64,000 bases of DNA from Barthelona sp. PCE (taxonomy: Eukaryota). Below are positions 21,265 through 32,908 of the stretch, piece after piece. The notes beneath the pieces were generated by a model, which saw nothing but the letters and a program-made list of their open reading frames with translations, was not told the DNA's origin and searched no databases. Every line of letters starts with the position of its first letter. The stretch's first letter is position 1. The stretch lies in contig JAUFOR010000003.1 of the NCBI GenBank assembly GCA_040285745.1, forward strand, positions 1,488,001 to 1,552,000, given 5' to 3'. The translations under genes and the position numbers were made by a program.

Positions 21265-22983
21265 ATGCGGCACCTTATTTTAGCACTATTGTGCATTGCA
21301 GTGTGTGCATCCGCGATCGATTGGTCACAGGTAACAACATCTTCAATGAAACTCCAAGAAAACGAAGATTTCAGCGATTGTATGTGTAAGAAATACTCAG
21401 GAAAATGCACATTTGGCTGTGCATGCGACGAGGATTGTACAACAACTGCCATATCAAATTTTGGAACAAACTTACCTGAGAATGGAGTTCTTTCAGGCTA
21501 TAATTTCCGTGTGTGTAGCTCAGATGCAGGTATTGTGTCGTCATCGCTTGATTCCAGTGATTTATTCGAAGTTAAACAAGTTGACGATATTTTTTGTATT
21601 TCACGCATTAATAACCCTTCTTTGGGCGACTTTTATGACGTCACGTCCGTCTACGGTATCGCAGAGGTCAACACATTGGCCAACGATGCCAACTACGATA
21701 CATTACTTATTCCAAAATCTTCAAACACAGCTTTGCAGTCTGCTTATGTGTACGATCATCCTTTGCAAACTGTAGTGGCATCCAAGACAGCCACATTCTC
21801 GCCCAAAATTGCACGTGATGCGAACGGTGTGTGTAACCCTGCCGTTGTCAAATACGGTATTGATAGTGGTGAAGGTAACTATTGCTCAATCGTCAAGTTT
21901 GGGTGGGAAGCAACAGCAGACTACGAGGCTCGGCTCGTAACGCAGATGAACACGCTGCTCACTCCCGCTGTTTCAGACACCCCACTCGCTTCAACGACAG
22001 TTGCAGTAACTTTTGTAGGAAATGTATACGACACATCAGGGAACTCGGTCAGTACGCTGAACGCAGTGCCTACAATCACAGTCGCTGCCTCTGTTCTGTC
22101 ATACTCCGTTGAAGAGGTGATGTACTGGTTTGTTCATGATGAGAGCGGAACAATTACTCAGGTTAATGTGACTGCCAAGCTAGTACAAACAATGGCAGTG
22201 CAGACACAACACACAGTCAAGAGTGCGTATGAGTTCGGCTTCAATGTCGCTTTGACTGATGTCTGGGAGCAGAGCGGAAGACCAGGTTACATATTCGGTA
22301 AGCCGATTTTGTACGGTAGCAAGGTCACATCCGGATCACAAGCTGCTGTACAGCGCGATGGGGATTCGTTCTTGTCTATCCCCGCAGCCGTTGAAGTATG
22401 TGCTGGTGAAAGATCTGATGTAGGCTTTGGTACAAGTACAACTACCAGTTGTATAGAGAAATTCGACGAAGACACTGTTGCAAACAGTCAGTGCGAGACT
22501 TTACGCCGAACAATACTTACTCGCCTTCTTTCTTTCGATCCCACATCTGCTACAACATCGAACGAACGCTTTGCGCAGTGGGGATCATCCTCTTATCTTG
22601 ACATCACACTCTGGCTCGAATTGGCAGGAGTTACACCCACTGCTTCTTCTTCTTCAGACGTTCCCGGTGTCACATGTTCGAGTATCCCCAACGTCATGAA
22701 ATACACAGTCTTCTACACACCTCTAGGAAGCAAAATTAATCCACAATATCGAATTTTAGGAGTACATCGTTCTTTTGAGAGTTTCGATTTGAATGTGGGA
22801 GATCTCCAAGACGATGTAGTTGAGGTCGAAGATGCTGGTATGCTTGGTTTGAAGCTAAAATCTTATGTAACGTTTGTTCAATATCCTGAAAAGGAAGCTC
22901 AACCTTTTGTACCTCCTTCAGCCTCACAATTACCACAGTTCCCTTCAGATTTCTTCTACCCATTCGTCTTACGTACAGTGTAA
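21265..22983 (+). CDS. TCTN: tectonic, ciliary transition-zone protein
   Basis: Signal peptide, Cys cluster CMC...CTFGCACDEDC, SGRPGYIFGKPI and C-terminal FPSDFFYPF are tectonic signatures. Confidence 0.88.
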   Translation: MRHLILALLCIAVCASAIDWSQVTTSSMKLQENEDFSDCMCKKYSGKCTFGCACDEDCTTTAISNFGTNLPENGVLSGYNFRVCSSDAGIVSSSLDSSDLFEVKQVDDIFCISRINNPSLGDFYDVTSVYGIAEVNTLANDANYDTLLIPKSSNTALQSAYVYDHPLQTVVASKTATFSPKIARDANGVCNPAVVKYGIDSGEGNYCSIVKFGWEATADYEARLVTQMNTLLTPAVSDTPLASTTVAVTFVGNVYDTSGNSVSTLNAVPTITVAASVLSYSVEEVMYWFVHDESGTITQVNVTAKLVQTMAVQTQHTVKSAYEFGFNVALTDVWEQSGRPGYIFGKPILYGSKVTSGSQAAVQRDGDSFLSIPAAVEVCAGERSDVGFGTSTTTSCIEKFDEDTVANSQCETLRRTILTRLLSFDPTSATTSNERFAQWGSSSYLDITLWLELAGVTPTASSSSDVPGVTCSSIPNVMKYTVFYTPLGSKINPQYRILGVHRSFESFDLNVGDLQDDVVEVEDAGMLGLKLKSYVTFVQYPEKEAQPFVPPSASQLPQFPSDFFYPFVLRTV

Positions 22984-23040
22984 ACAAATAATGTGATTCC
23001 GGTTTTGTAATTTTTTTTTAACGTATTTTATCCAGCAAAA

Positions 23041-23355
23041 ATGGCCGAACAACCTAATGGTGAATTCCAAAAGCTTGCAGCTCAACAGGCTCAGCTTCAA
23101 CAAGAGCAAGCTCAGCAAGACGAACAAGTTCGTGGAATTTTGTCCCGTATTTTAGACAAAGACGCTTTAGATCGCCTCAACAGACTTCGTTTGGTGAAAC
23201 CCGATGAGGTTCGCGACGTTAGTTATCGTTTAGCCGAAGGTGTGAAGCGTGGTGCTTTCAACCCTCCTGTTTCCGATGATCAATTGGTAAGAATGCTTGA
23301 TCAACTTGGAGTTTCAAACACAGCTCGCCCCAAGATCAGAATCATTCGTCGTTAA
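23041..23355 (+). CDS. PDCD5: PDCD5-family (dsDNA-binding domain) protein
   Basis: ILSRILDKDALDRLNRLRLVKPD...VSDDQLVRML...KIRIIRR. Confidence 0.9.
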   Translation: MAEQPNGEFQKLAAQQAQLQQEQAQQDEQVRGILSRILDKDALDRLNRLRLVKPDEVRDVSYRLAEGVKRGAFNPPVSDDQLVRMLDQLGVSNTARPKIRIIRR

Positions 23356-23515
23356 TCTAGCGAAGCCCACCATATTTTTTTCAACAATGTAAACAAAACA
23401 GCAACCGCGAATACAATTAATATGGATAATATGTGTGCAAAACCGACAAAACAAGGTTTTATTCCTTCAACATATCTGCAAAACATGTTTTGTCATATTC
23501 ATCCAATTTCACCGA

Positions 23516-25681
23516 ATGACGACAGTTGAAACATCTGCACATCTCAACAGAGTCATTTCGACGACGAACGCATTGAACAGATCGTTGTTTAATGAACGAA
23601 AGCGAGCTGTTTTGCATCAACAAGCAAGCGATAAGAAAATGTACAAGAAAGACCAAGATACCCTGAACAAACTCATGCTGTTGGAGGAATCTCAACACAG
23701 AATTAAGATGCTAGAGGAAGAGAACAGCGACCTTCGTAGAAAAATTGCTAGCATCATTGATGTGCCCACAGAATATACGATGACGTTGCCCATTAGCAAG
23801 AAGTCAAAGACTTTAAATGTATCATTTCCCTCAACAATGGAACTTAAACAACCTCTTACAGAAGATGATAAATCTAAGGTTGAAACTCCACAAATCGACA
23901 TCGAAACGCTTGAAGTGCTCACTCGCAACAGTGCTGCAATTGAAACAAGCGAGAAAAACATGGCCACCCTTCGTGAAATTATTAGTGAGAAGAACAGAGA
24001 TATCGAGCATTATAAACAACTCAATAAGATGCTAGAAGAGCAGGTAAACACCCTGATCGACGAGCAGAAGAAGTACTTCACAAAGGAACAATCAGTAGAA
24101 CAAGAAGTTGTCCTCAAAGCTTTGTATAACGAACGTAACATCCTTAAGCAACAGTTACAGGAGATGATGCGTGAGTTTCAGGCAAGGGAGAAACTCATCA
24201 GGGAACTGCGCAAGACTCCTGTTGTCCAGGAGAGATCTATTGAGGACGAGCGCTTGTTTACTGAGCAGAAGTCGATGATCGAAACTTTGAGTGGGACTTT
24301 GAGGGAAAATATTCAGCATATCGAGGGTGTCACGATTGAGAATGCCAGACTTCTGGGTGAAGTTGAGCGCTTGCGTGATTTGGAAGCGAGTTATACTGAG
24401 ATGCCTGGTGATCGTATACTTGAAAGAACTATTGAAGTTCCAATCGATAGAATCGTTGAGGTGCCAGTTGAAAAAATCGTGGAACGGTTGGTTGAGGTAC
24501 CAGTTGAGATTGAAAAAATTATTGAAGTTGAAAAAATTGTTGAGGTTCCCATTGAAGTACCCGTAGAAGTTGAGGTCGAACGCGTCATAGAGGTGCCTGT
24601 TGAGATTGAGGTCGAAAAGATTGTTGAGAAAATTGTTGAAGTGCCAGTTGAAAGAATTGTCGAGAAAATAGTCTATATGACTTCCCCCGAATCAACTCAG
24701 GCTGCAACACCTATCAACGCATCCATAGAGTCTTCCATTGCTGTAGAATCCCTGGATACGGAACACCTGCACGGACTCAACATTTTGCAAAACACATTCA
24801 GCGCATCTTCCTCACGCCGATCAACACCAGAGTGTTCACCTGTGATTGAACCCAACACACTGTCTGGGCTTCTTCAGCGGCAGCGTGACATTGAGATTGA
24901 GGACGAGCCGAAAAAGGTGGAACTCCTCGAAGAAACTATCACTATTGATGAGCATATGAGACAGATTAAAACTATAGATGCCATCAGAGACGCAATACAA
25001 CTCCAATTGGATGAGGCCCTGCTCGAAAACGATTCACTTACGGAGCGGGTCACCGTAGAGGAGAGTGATAAGGAGAAATTGGCTGACGAAGTCCAGTTCC
25101 TAACAAACGAAAATCGTTCTTTGAGGGAGCGGGTAAGCATCCTCCAGTCGCGCTTTGACGGCCTGACGATGGAACTAACCGCCGCAAAGGATCAAGTTTT
25201 AACATTCGATGCTGTGAAAATGGAGCTCAAGAAAACAAAGCACGATTTTGGTCAAAAGCTTATGGAATCAAGACAGCTTATGGGCCAGTTGGAGGACATG
25301 GCTGGCGTTAGGAACGCATTATACACAGATCTAACGCGACTGAAATCAGCGTATGATGACTTGCTCTCGACATCACACAGCTCACCGAGTCCAGTTCAGA
25401 TGCCCAGTCCCATGCTCCCCAGCCCGTCAAACGTGAGTGTATCGTCTCCTTCAAGTGTTGAGAGCAATGGTATAAGTCCTCGTGTTAAACGACTCATTGA
25501 AGAGAACAAGAAGCTCAAAAAGTACATTGAGGTGCTACGTTTACGAGTGGAGAACCTGAGGGCTCAGCTTGAGGAACGACACGATGCTTTGAAGGATGTG
25601 ATTGATGATTTCGATGATCGTTATCTCACTAGCGATATGTCTGTCGATTCAAAAACAATGGATAGTAGTTTACTGTTGTAA
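23516..25681 (+). CDS. coiled-coil protein with a central Val/Glu/Pro (EVPVEKIV) repeat region
   Basis: Long heptad segments flank about 85 aa of EVPV/EKIV repeats (about 24420-24675). Confidence 0.85.
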   Translation: MTTVETSAHLNRVISTTNALNRSLFNERKRAVLHQQASDKKMYKKDQDTLNKLMLLEESQHRIKMLEEENSDLRRKIASIIDVPTEYTMTLPISKKSKTLNVSFPSTMELKQPLTEDDKSKVETPQIDIETLEVLTRNSAAIETSEKNMATLREIISEKNRDIEHYKQLNKMLEEQVNTLIDEQKKYFTKEQSVEQEVVLKALYNERNILKQQLQEMMREFQAREKLIRELRKTPVVQERSIEDERLFTEQKSMIETLSGTLRENIQHIEGVTIENARLLGEVERLRDLEASYTEMPGDRILERTIEVPIDRIVEVPVEKIVERLVEVPVEIEKIIEVEKIVEVPIEVPVEVEVERVIEVPVEIEVEKIVEKIVEVPVERIVEKIVYMTSPESTQAATPINASIESSIAVESLDTEHLHGLNILQNTFSASSSRRSTPECSPVIEPNTLSGLLQRQRDIEIEDEPKKVELLEETITIDEHMRQIKTIDAIRDAIQLQLDEALLENDSLTERVTVEESDKEKLADEVQFLTNENRSLRERVSILQSRFDGLTMELTAAKDQVLTFDAVKMELKKTKHDFGQKLMESRQLMGQLEDMAGVRNALYTDLTRLKSAYDDLLSTSHSSPSPVQMPSPMLPSPSNVSVSSPSSVESNGISPRVKRLIEENKKLKKYIEVLRLRVENLRAQLEERHDALKDVIDDFDDRYLTSDMSVDSKTMDSSLLL

Positions 25682-28405
25682 CAATTCAATCTTTCCATAA
25701 TATATAACGTCTGTCCAAGTGAAAAGTTGATCATTTTGATTTCGTGTTGTTTTTTCATATTTAACATCTATTAAAACTATTTTTAATCGTTGAAACAACT
25801 GATTAAGAAAGCCTATGAATTTCTGACGATCAAAGCAGAAATATAGTACAAGCATCATGCTACTCTCGCAAAACAGTGTGTTTCTAAATAATGTGTGGAA
25901 CCATGTTGACAGTAATGATGTTACGTTTACCGGTAGTAAATTTACGAAATCGCAATCCGTCCACATTCCATAAAGAGACTCTGCTACATCTATGAGCAGC
26001 GAAAGTGATGGGCTGAGAAGTTCAGCCAAATGAATACCAATCCTGTTCACCAACGCGCTGAGCTGCGGCAGAGAAAGTTTAAAGAAAAAGGCTGCGTCAA
26101 GTAAGAGACACACTGCACAATCAGAAAGATCAAAGCTCCTGCATTCACCAATAAACTGCTCATAGTGTTCATTATTGCTCATCTCTGTGAAGTACTCAAG
26201 TTTTTTCGCATCAACGAAATACCTTGTGAAGTCGAATGCCTCTGGCGCTCCACTGGGATCTGTGATTGAGAAACCTAATATCGTTGTCCGCAAGAAGTCA
26301 ACCTCAACATCGGAGAACATGGTCACATTGTTGTGATGCGGAAGCAGCTTGAGCAGTGGGGTGACCAACGCGTTCTCAACCTTATCATCGCAATCAAAAT
26401 ACTCCGCTATTCTTTCGCTATCAAATGTGTGAAGCACCGTAAGTCCGTCTTCAAGCTCCGTGCTCCCTTCGGTGAAGTTCTGTCTTTCGGTAAGGAACAT
26501 GTATAGGACCACGAGGGACCGCAAATCTGGGGGCATACGATACACAAGAGCCTTAAAAGAAGCAAAATCACTCCCAAACCCTAAACATTCAGTATAGCGC
26601 ATACTTCTGTTTACGAGCTTCACCGCAAAACTTGCGCGCTGTGTTGTCGGCACGATGATGTCCTGTAGGCTCATAATATAGCAGGACAAGGCGCTCTCTT
26701 GCACCTTAATGAAGGGAATTATTTCAGACAGACCGATCAAAAGATTGTGACACGACAGCAGCGATGCAATGTGCTGCTCCATACACGATCTAATACGTGA
26801 CGGTTTTCCGAACATGTAGACTCGCATCAGCCAGAAAATGAAGGGCGATATCTGCGACACCATACTGATCCATAGCTCCATGAAATTCACGTTTTTGAAC
26901 CTCCTGATACGCAGAACATTGATGAGCGCCTTGATAGTAACAATGACAGTCGTGTCTGTGAGCGTTTTTCCTCCGACGTACGTGAACAAAATCGAACCGA
27001 TGTACTGCAGCGTAAGCAGCACCGGGTGCAATGGGAGCGTGACAAAGTATCGGTCGGATATGGCGTCGCGGAACTTCTCGCTCTGATAAAGACTGTCAAC
27101 TATAGCAAGAAGCAAATGCCCTTGCTCACTGTTAAGCAGCACGATCATGTTATCCGGAAGCAGCACAAACGGCTGCCCCGTGTGCGCGAACAATGCCACG
27201 TAGTCGATGCTCTCGCTCGGGAGAACAAATGTGTACCAGAAATCGATGGTCAGGAACTCCTCCGGCCTGTGCCTACTCAGAGTGTGTAGCGCCCTCGTCT
27301 TGCGCACGTCGATGGCTGTCTTGCCCAGCGACGAAACAACATCGCTCATACGCAAACCGAACAGCTTAGAGCAATGGTTGCAAATGGTACATCCGGTATT
27401 ATCTGTTTTAAACTCAAACGGAAGTCGAGCGATGTCATGCAGTGATGAAAACGGGGTGATGATGAGAATTTCTAGCTTAAAGATGTGATCTGTCTTACAC
27501 CTAGTGAGGTTATCATATAAATTTCTGAGTTGCTCCTTGTAAACGTTCTGAATACGAAAATTCGAAAAAATACCAGTAAAAAAACTTAATTGCGGATCTA
27601 CGATAAACGCAAGATGACGAATTTGCTTATTCGAGAGGAATACAAAAAGCTGTGTCATAAACGTGCTGAGTGATTCTAACGATAGAATAATAATATACTT
27701 ACACAGCTTCCCCAGCCCGTGCAATATGGCCATACAAACGTTGGGGAAGTTCGGTGATAGATCTGCGTTGCCAACTACGCAACGATCCAGCAGCTTACTG
27801 CAAATATCAAACAGCGCATTAGTGGTGCATGAATTTATCATATGCATCATGAACTTGAACACAGCGGTCGATAGGTCCTTCTGCAATGAGAAAATATACT
27901 CACCTATTCCAATTAACAAAGATTCCCAGGAGTCCGAAAAAAATATATCACTCGCGCTAAATCCGCACAACTTAAGAAAAGCGCCTCTTTTCCCGCGGAT
28001 TGCGTGTCTGATGTGGTGGTGCAGATCGTTGTGCTCTTCAAAAACGTTGCTAAAAGACACAACCTCCCATGAATTACTGTCATCGTCTGGTGAAAAAATG
28101 CGACTTGATGTCTCACTGTCGAATATGGGGGATGCAAGCAGCATTCCACCCCCAAAGGCACTATCTATGAACCGCCTCCGCACCTTGCTGACCATTTGTG
28201 CTAAATCTTTGTCTGTATAACTTCCTGCATTAGCAAAATACCATAGGTACAATTGAGAATACAATTTGCTGTCCCTTAGCCCATCTCTCTTTGCTATTTC
28301 ATTGATAACTTCCTTGGTAGCTCGTTCATTACTTGAAAGATCTATTTGCTTATCCCTAATGATGTTGCCCACGATGGTTTTAAGCTCTTGACAACCTTCG
28401 TTCAT
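25670..28405 (-). CDS. BROMI/TBC1D32-like ciliary protein
   Basis: RGAFLKLCGFSASDIFFSDSWESL and the C-terminal LLSTWFHTLFRNTL resemble broad-minded family blocks. The sequence is divergent, so the family call is moderate. Confidence 0.6.
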   Translation of the reverse strand: MNEGCQELKTIVGNIIRDKQIDLSSNERATKEVINEIAKRDGLRDSKLYSQLYLWYFANAGSYTDKDLAQMVSKVRRRFIDSAFGGGMLLASPIFDSETSSRIFSPDDDSNSWEVVSFSNVFEEHNDLHHHIRHAIRGKRGAFLKLCGFSASDIFFSDSWESLLIGIGEYIFSLQKDLSTAVFKFMMHMINSCTTNALFDICSKLLDRCVVGNADLSPNFPNVCMAILHGLGKLCKYIIILSLESLSTFMTQLFVFLSNKQIRHLAFIVDPQLSFFTGIFSNFRIQNVYKEQLRNLYDNLTRCKTDHIFKLEILIITPFSSLHDIARLPFEFKTDNTGCTICNHCSKLFGLRMSDVVSSLGKTAIDVRKTRALHTLSRHRPEEFLTIDFWYTFVLPSESIDYVALFAHTGQPFVLLPDNMIVLLNSEQGHLLLAIVDSLYQSEKFRDAISDRYFVTLPLHPVLLTLQYIGSILFTYVGGKTLTDTTVIVTIKALINVLRIRRFKNVNFMELWISMVSQISPFIFWLMRVYMFGKPSRIRSCMEQHIASLLSCHNLLIGLSEIIPFIKVQESALSCYIMSLQDIIVPTTQRASFAVKLVNRSMRYTECLGFGSDFASFKALVYRMPPDLRSLVVLYMFLTERQNFTEGSTELEDGLTVLHTFDSERIAEYFDCDDKVENALVTPLLKLLPHHNNVTMFSDVEVDFLRTTILGFSITDPSGAPEAFDFTRYFVDAKKLEYFTEMSNNEHYEQFIGECRSFDLSDCAVCLLLDAAFFFKLSLPQLSALVNRIGIHLAELLSPSLSLLIDVAESLYGMWTDCDFVNLLPVNVTSLLSTWFHTLFRNTLFCESSMMLVLYFCFDRQKFIGFLNQLFQRLKIVLIDVKYEKTTRNQNDQLFTWTDVIYYGKIELLQQ

Positions 28406-28772
28406 TTCATTTTTGGACTATATCCTGTAATTGAGAAAAAAATGTGCTTCAGATTTCTATGAACTATACTTTAAAAGTACTTGATCAGTGCGCTTCAAGA
28501 CGTTTTGTGAGCCATTTAAAGTGAAAAGGTTAACCAAAAATTATTAAATATCCAACCTGCACATAAGGATACATCTTTGCTCTCTTTCTTAAAATGACAA
28601 CACATGCTGATTATGCTAGTCACCAAAATGTACGGGTAGGTTTGATTTTTATTAAGTCTGCTGCTAAAGCGTGTAAAATTGTTTCTTTCGTTTTTTAGGC
28701 AAAGATTTCCAAATTCTCACGTTTCATATACCAGCTTTTCTTTATATGCACATTAAATCTCAGTAGATCAAC

Positions 28773-31700
28773 ATGTCAACGAAAATTCAGTTCATTGAAC
28801 ATGTTAATGAAGATTTAGAAAAAATCTTGAAGCACAAGAAAAAATACGATAAAGTTACTCATGAAGAAGCTTTGTTAAAGAAAATTATGAATGATGTCTG
28901 TGACGAAATTGAAAAAAGGAACCCAGTTGATGAATTGCAAAAAAGTGCTTTAGAATTTTTCAAAAACCATATTGCAACCATGGAACCTGGCAATCGTGAT
29001 GGTTTTTTACCAAGATCAGCAGTTACTCCATTTGGAAAGAATACCACCAAGCAAAGTCAAATTGGTTTGATTTATGTGGATTCCCGTGATTTCCATATAA
29101 TAGCTGATGATCTCAACTTTTTTGTAACCCAGTTAGAAGGGCAGAGAAATGACATATTTGAGGGAAAGACGATTGTTAAGAACCTAAACTCAACCAAGAT
29201 GGCACATTTACGTGATAGGTGTTATTCATGTAGAAATTACATCAATACAAAACTTATTAACAGATGGGATACGTTTAAAAAAAAGTGTAATGAAGGTTTA
29301 GTGGATGAAAAGGACTTCATTTTTTGGATGAAAAGAATCAGAAATTCTATTAGTTCTAACATGGAATCAACCCATCTCTTCCAGCTTGATGGAAATTATG
29401 TGTTATGTAGTGAAAAATGGGAAGAAAAAATGTATAAACTATCATTTAGCAAGATATTTGTCCCTGAGAAGTCCATTCCACCAGCTGGATGGCCCCGTAC
29501 CTCACAATGGAGTCTGATAAACTTGAATATAAAGGATAATAATCCGGAAAACAGAACATTACTTAATATAGAGCTTAAGAAACTCTTTATAGTAGGTTTT
29601 TGGATTATCATACAAGGTTCTTACGAAGCAATATTACCAATCCAAATATCTAAGTATTTAGCAGAGTTAAATATGCATACTTATGTTGCAGCTGAATGTT
29701 ACAATCAGTCTATTGATGCAATTTCTGATCTTTTATGTTTTTCAAAGGCTGTTAAAAGGAAATATCAAATCACATCCCCTAAAAGATCATCCAAAAACAT
29801 GAAATTGTTGCATTGTGCAGAGCAAGCTCGATATGTTTATTGCAAACAATTATGCAAGTCTATCGTTGAAGCAGGTCTTCCAGTGCATTTGATGTTGGAT
29901 AAGTGGACACCTAACACTGTCAAAGATTCAATTATGGCGATCATGATTAAGATACCAACTGAAACAAGAAGTTTCAATATTGATCACCCAATATTTTCGA
30001 ATGCTTTGTTTATTTCCCATGATGACGTTACACCAATTCATTATGGATATATTTTGCCCACTATTCGTAACAAATTTATTCTTTTAGACGTCCATTTTGA
30101 TATGAAAGGTAAACATAATTACATATTCAACGCAATAATTTCCACTGTTTTCCGCTTTGGATTATATAAGGCTAAGCAGCTTTATTTCATTTCTGATCGT
30201 GGATTGCCTGAGTTAAAGGCGTTGAATTTTGTTGAAGAATATTTTAATGGAATTGGATCTGCAAAAGTTTTAATGGATATAATGATTGATAGCATCGTGA
30301 AACGTTATTCAAGTAACACTGATGCTGATCGCTTTAGTTCGCAGTTCAATGAGCATGATTATTTGGACATTGTATCGAGTACAGAGATTGTTTCAGAAAA
30401 AAAATTAAGGGAAATACTTTTGAAACACTACTTGCACAATTACAAAATTCCAGTTTTACCTTTTAATTGTATGTCACATATGGTAAACAACTTTATCCGC
30501 TGCTTTGTACCTGTTATTACAATTGAAACAAAAGGGAATTACATGAGAGTGGAACCTGGAACTTTTCAAAAACAGTTTACAAATCTTGTTAATTACTTTT
30601 CCATTCAGAAATGTGACATTATTTATAACACTGAAAGGAACAAATCACTTATACGTCTTATTGATTGTTTTTTGGGTGAATACTTTAACGTTTTAAAAAC
30701 CCGCTCTGTGCAAGAAGCTGAAGACAAAGGAATACCAATGAAGGAAAAGCCCTACAGAAACATGAGCGCTACTCAAAAAAAAAAGGAAAAGAAAAGATGG
30801 AGCAATTCTCTAGAAGATAGAAAGCCTTATAAGTGGTATAATCAGGTTACCCAGTATAATTTCGATGATTTCTTTGAGGAAACATTGAATTTCAACATTG
30901 GATATTATGAAGAATCGGTTTTCGACGAAGCAATTAGGAGGGTACTTAAAAAAGATGAAAAGAAAGGATGGTACAAGGATTATGCATCGCATACGATTGT
31001 TCCAATTTATTTAGAGGATTTATTCGAGCATATTAGACAGCTTTTCATTGCAAACAAAGAACAGGTTGCCATTTTAAGAAGAGTGCTGCCTGTCTGGTCA
31101 AATTTATATGGAAAAACACGAGTCATTTTCCAGTTGTTTTTTGAGACTCTTTTTGAAGATTCTAGTAAGTTTAATGACAATTTTGCAAAGGCCTTTGCCA
31201 TTACTGATATCTTTAAGCAGATTGAGAGCATTATTAACGATCCTGATGGAGATCCGCTTAATACGATTTACTGTTCCTTTACTGAAGATGAGCTGAGATG
31301 GGTTCTATTCTTCTGCTTCGTTGTAAGAAGGTTCAAGAAACTGTCTCTGCTAATTGAACAAGATAGTTTTACACTACAACAAGCAATTATTCAATTTCAT
31401 TTAATAATTAGAGATATTCAGGAATACGACATCTCAAAACCTACTTCTATTCCTATTATCAATAAGGAAGTGCCTGATATCATAGAAGAATCGCCCTACT
31501 CAGATGGCTTACCCTCTTCTTTACTTACAATTATGTTTGATGATGTTAATGATACTAATACAATACATGAAGATAAAGCTACAAGAATTAAGGCGAATCT
31601 GAAGCCAAGTTGCGTCAACAACTCCCATATTCATTCTGCAGTACGCTGTTGCATGCGTGGTTTTGAGGAAATGAAAGTGCAGGATGAAAAAAAAAAGGAT

Positions 31701-32288
31701 GAAAAAAAAAAGGATGAAAAAGAAAATGTAATTGGCACTGTCAAATGTGATTCAGGAGCGAGTCTCGGCCTTCTTGAAGACGTCAAAACCCTTGTTATCA
31801 CTGCGTTTGCGATGTATTTTGATAGATGTGCTAATAACAAATTTTTTTTCAAACAGTATGTCGCAAGTGCACCCTTTTGGTTTGCAAAAGTTAGTAATAA
31901 CGCGTTCAGTATTAGTTTATGCGAAGACCTACCTGAATTCCTTAATACACCCGCTACAACGTGTCCAGTTGAGCGCGTTTTTTCTCACTATGCATTTTTG
32001 GAGAGTCAAATGGGCAAGGCTACTTTACACGCTACTTTACGATTGAAAATGAGGCTCCACCAGTCACTACATCATTGGGTGTGTATGGATTCAGCCCGAA
32101 TGTCCGACTATTCTGAACATGTTGACGAATTTAGGTTCAGGGAGTTGGAAGAGCTTGCCAGGAAGCGAACATCAAGTAATTTGTTTGATAATAATATAAA
32201 ATCTGAATTCGATGATGATATACAACATTCTTTACTGCTTGAAAGTGATGATGAAAATGAAAGTGATGATGAAAGTGGGTTGGAATAA
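28773..32288 (+). mobile_element. hAT-like DDE transposase ORF, 1171 aa, intact
   Basis: In canonical hAT order: HLMLDKWT (D1), FISDRG (D2), CMSH (CxxH), VWSNLY (variant of the RW motif) and LNTPATTCPVERVFS (catalytic E, dimerisation-domain signature). Visibly more AT-rich than its neighbours. Confidence 0.8.
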
Positions 32289-32659
32289 TTTGATGTGGTA
32301 TCATAGCTTTTTCACTTTCATGTTTGGAGGATCCAATTTTACTATTACTTGAACAATTGAATAGTATTTTATCTTCATGTGTTTTGACAATAATTGCACA
32401 CCATATTCGATTCGAGTATATGTTGAAAATCCGTTTGACCTCTATTATTACCATTTGCAATAATAAAACTCGCTGTAAACTCATTTGAATTTTTTCCTCC
32501 CTTTTACGTTTTTGCCATTTAACATTTACCATTGTAGGTTGGAGGATTTTGCACCGGGGCTATGTTTGTTGAGATGACGCATTGATTTTAGCATTCCGCA
32601 TCATTTTTTCATAAAAATTTTTGTTTAAGAATTTACACAGTCTACGAAGTATGATCTAT

Positions 32660-32684
32660 GATGGCAAGTTGATGGCAAGTTGAT
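32660..32684. repeat. 11-bp tandem duplication
   Basis: GATGGCAAGTT GATGGCAAGTT GAT, in the spacer downstream of the transposase. Confidence 0.9.
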
Positions 32685-32908
32685 CTCATGTTGCCGAACT
32701 ACACTTTTTTGTTCTTACAGTGTAAGCACAAAGAAAAAAAGTTGGAAATGTTTTCACCACAAGTAAAGAGAGTTTGTTAATATCAACACCATATTCAATC
32801 TAACAGCAGTTTTTAGCTACTGTACAGAAACTACCAGCATTTGTGCATCCTTACTGCACACAAAAGATTTTTTTTTTAAATACCATATGCATCAAACTAA
32901 AGATATGA

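Noticed and set aside
31683-31722. GATGAAAAAAAAAAG tandem repeat in the transposase as a frameshift site
   Set aside because: The 15-bp in-frame units (DEKKK) leave the ORF intact, consistent with a simple slippage duplication.
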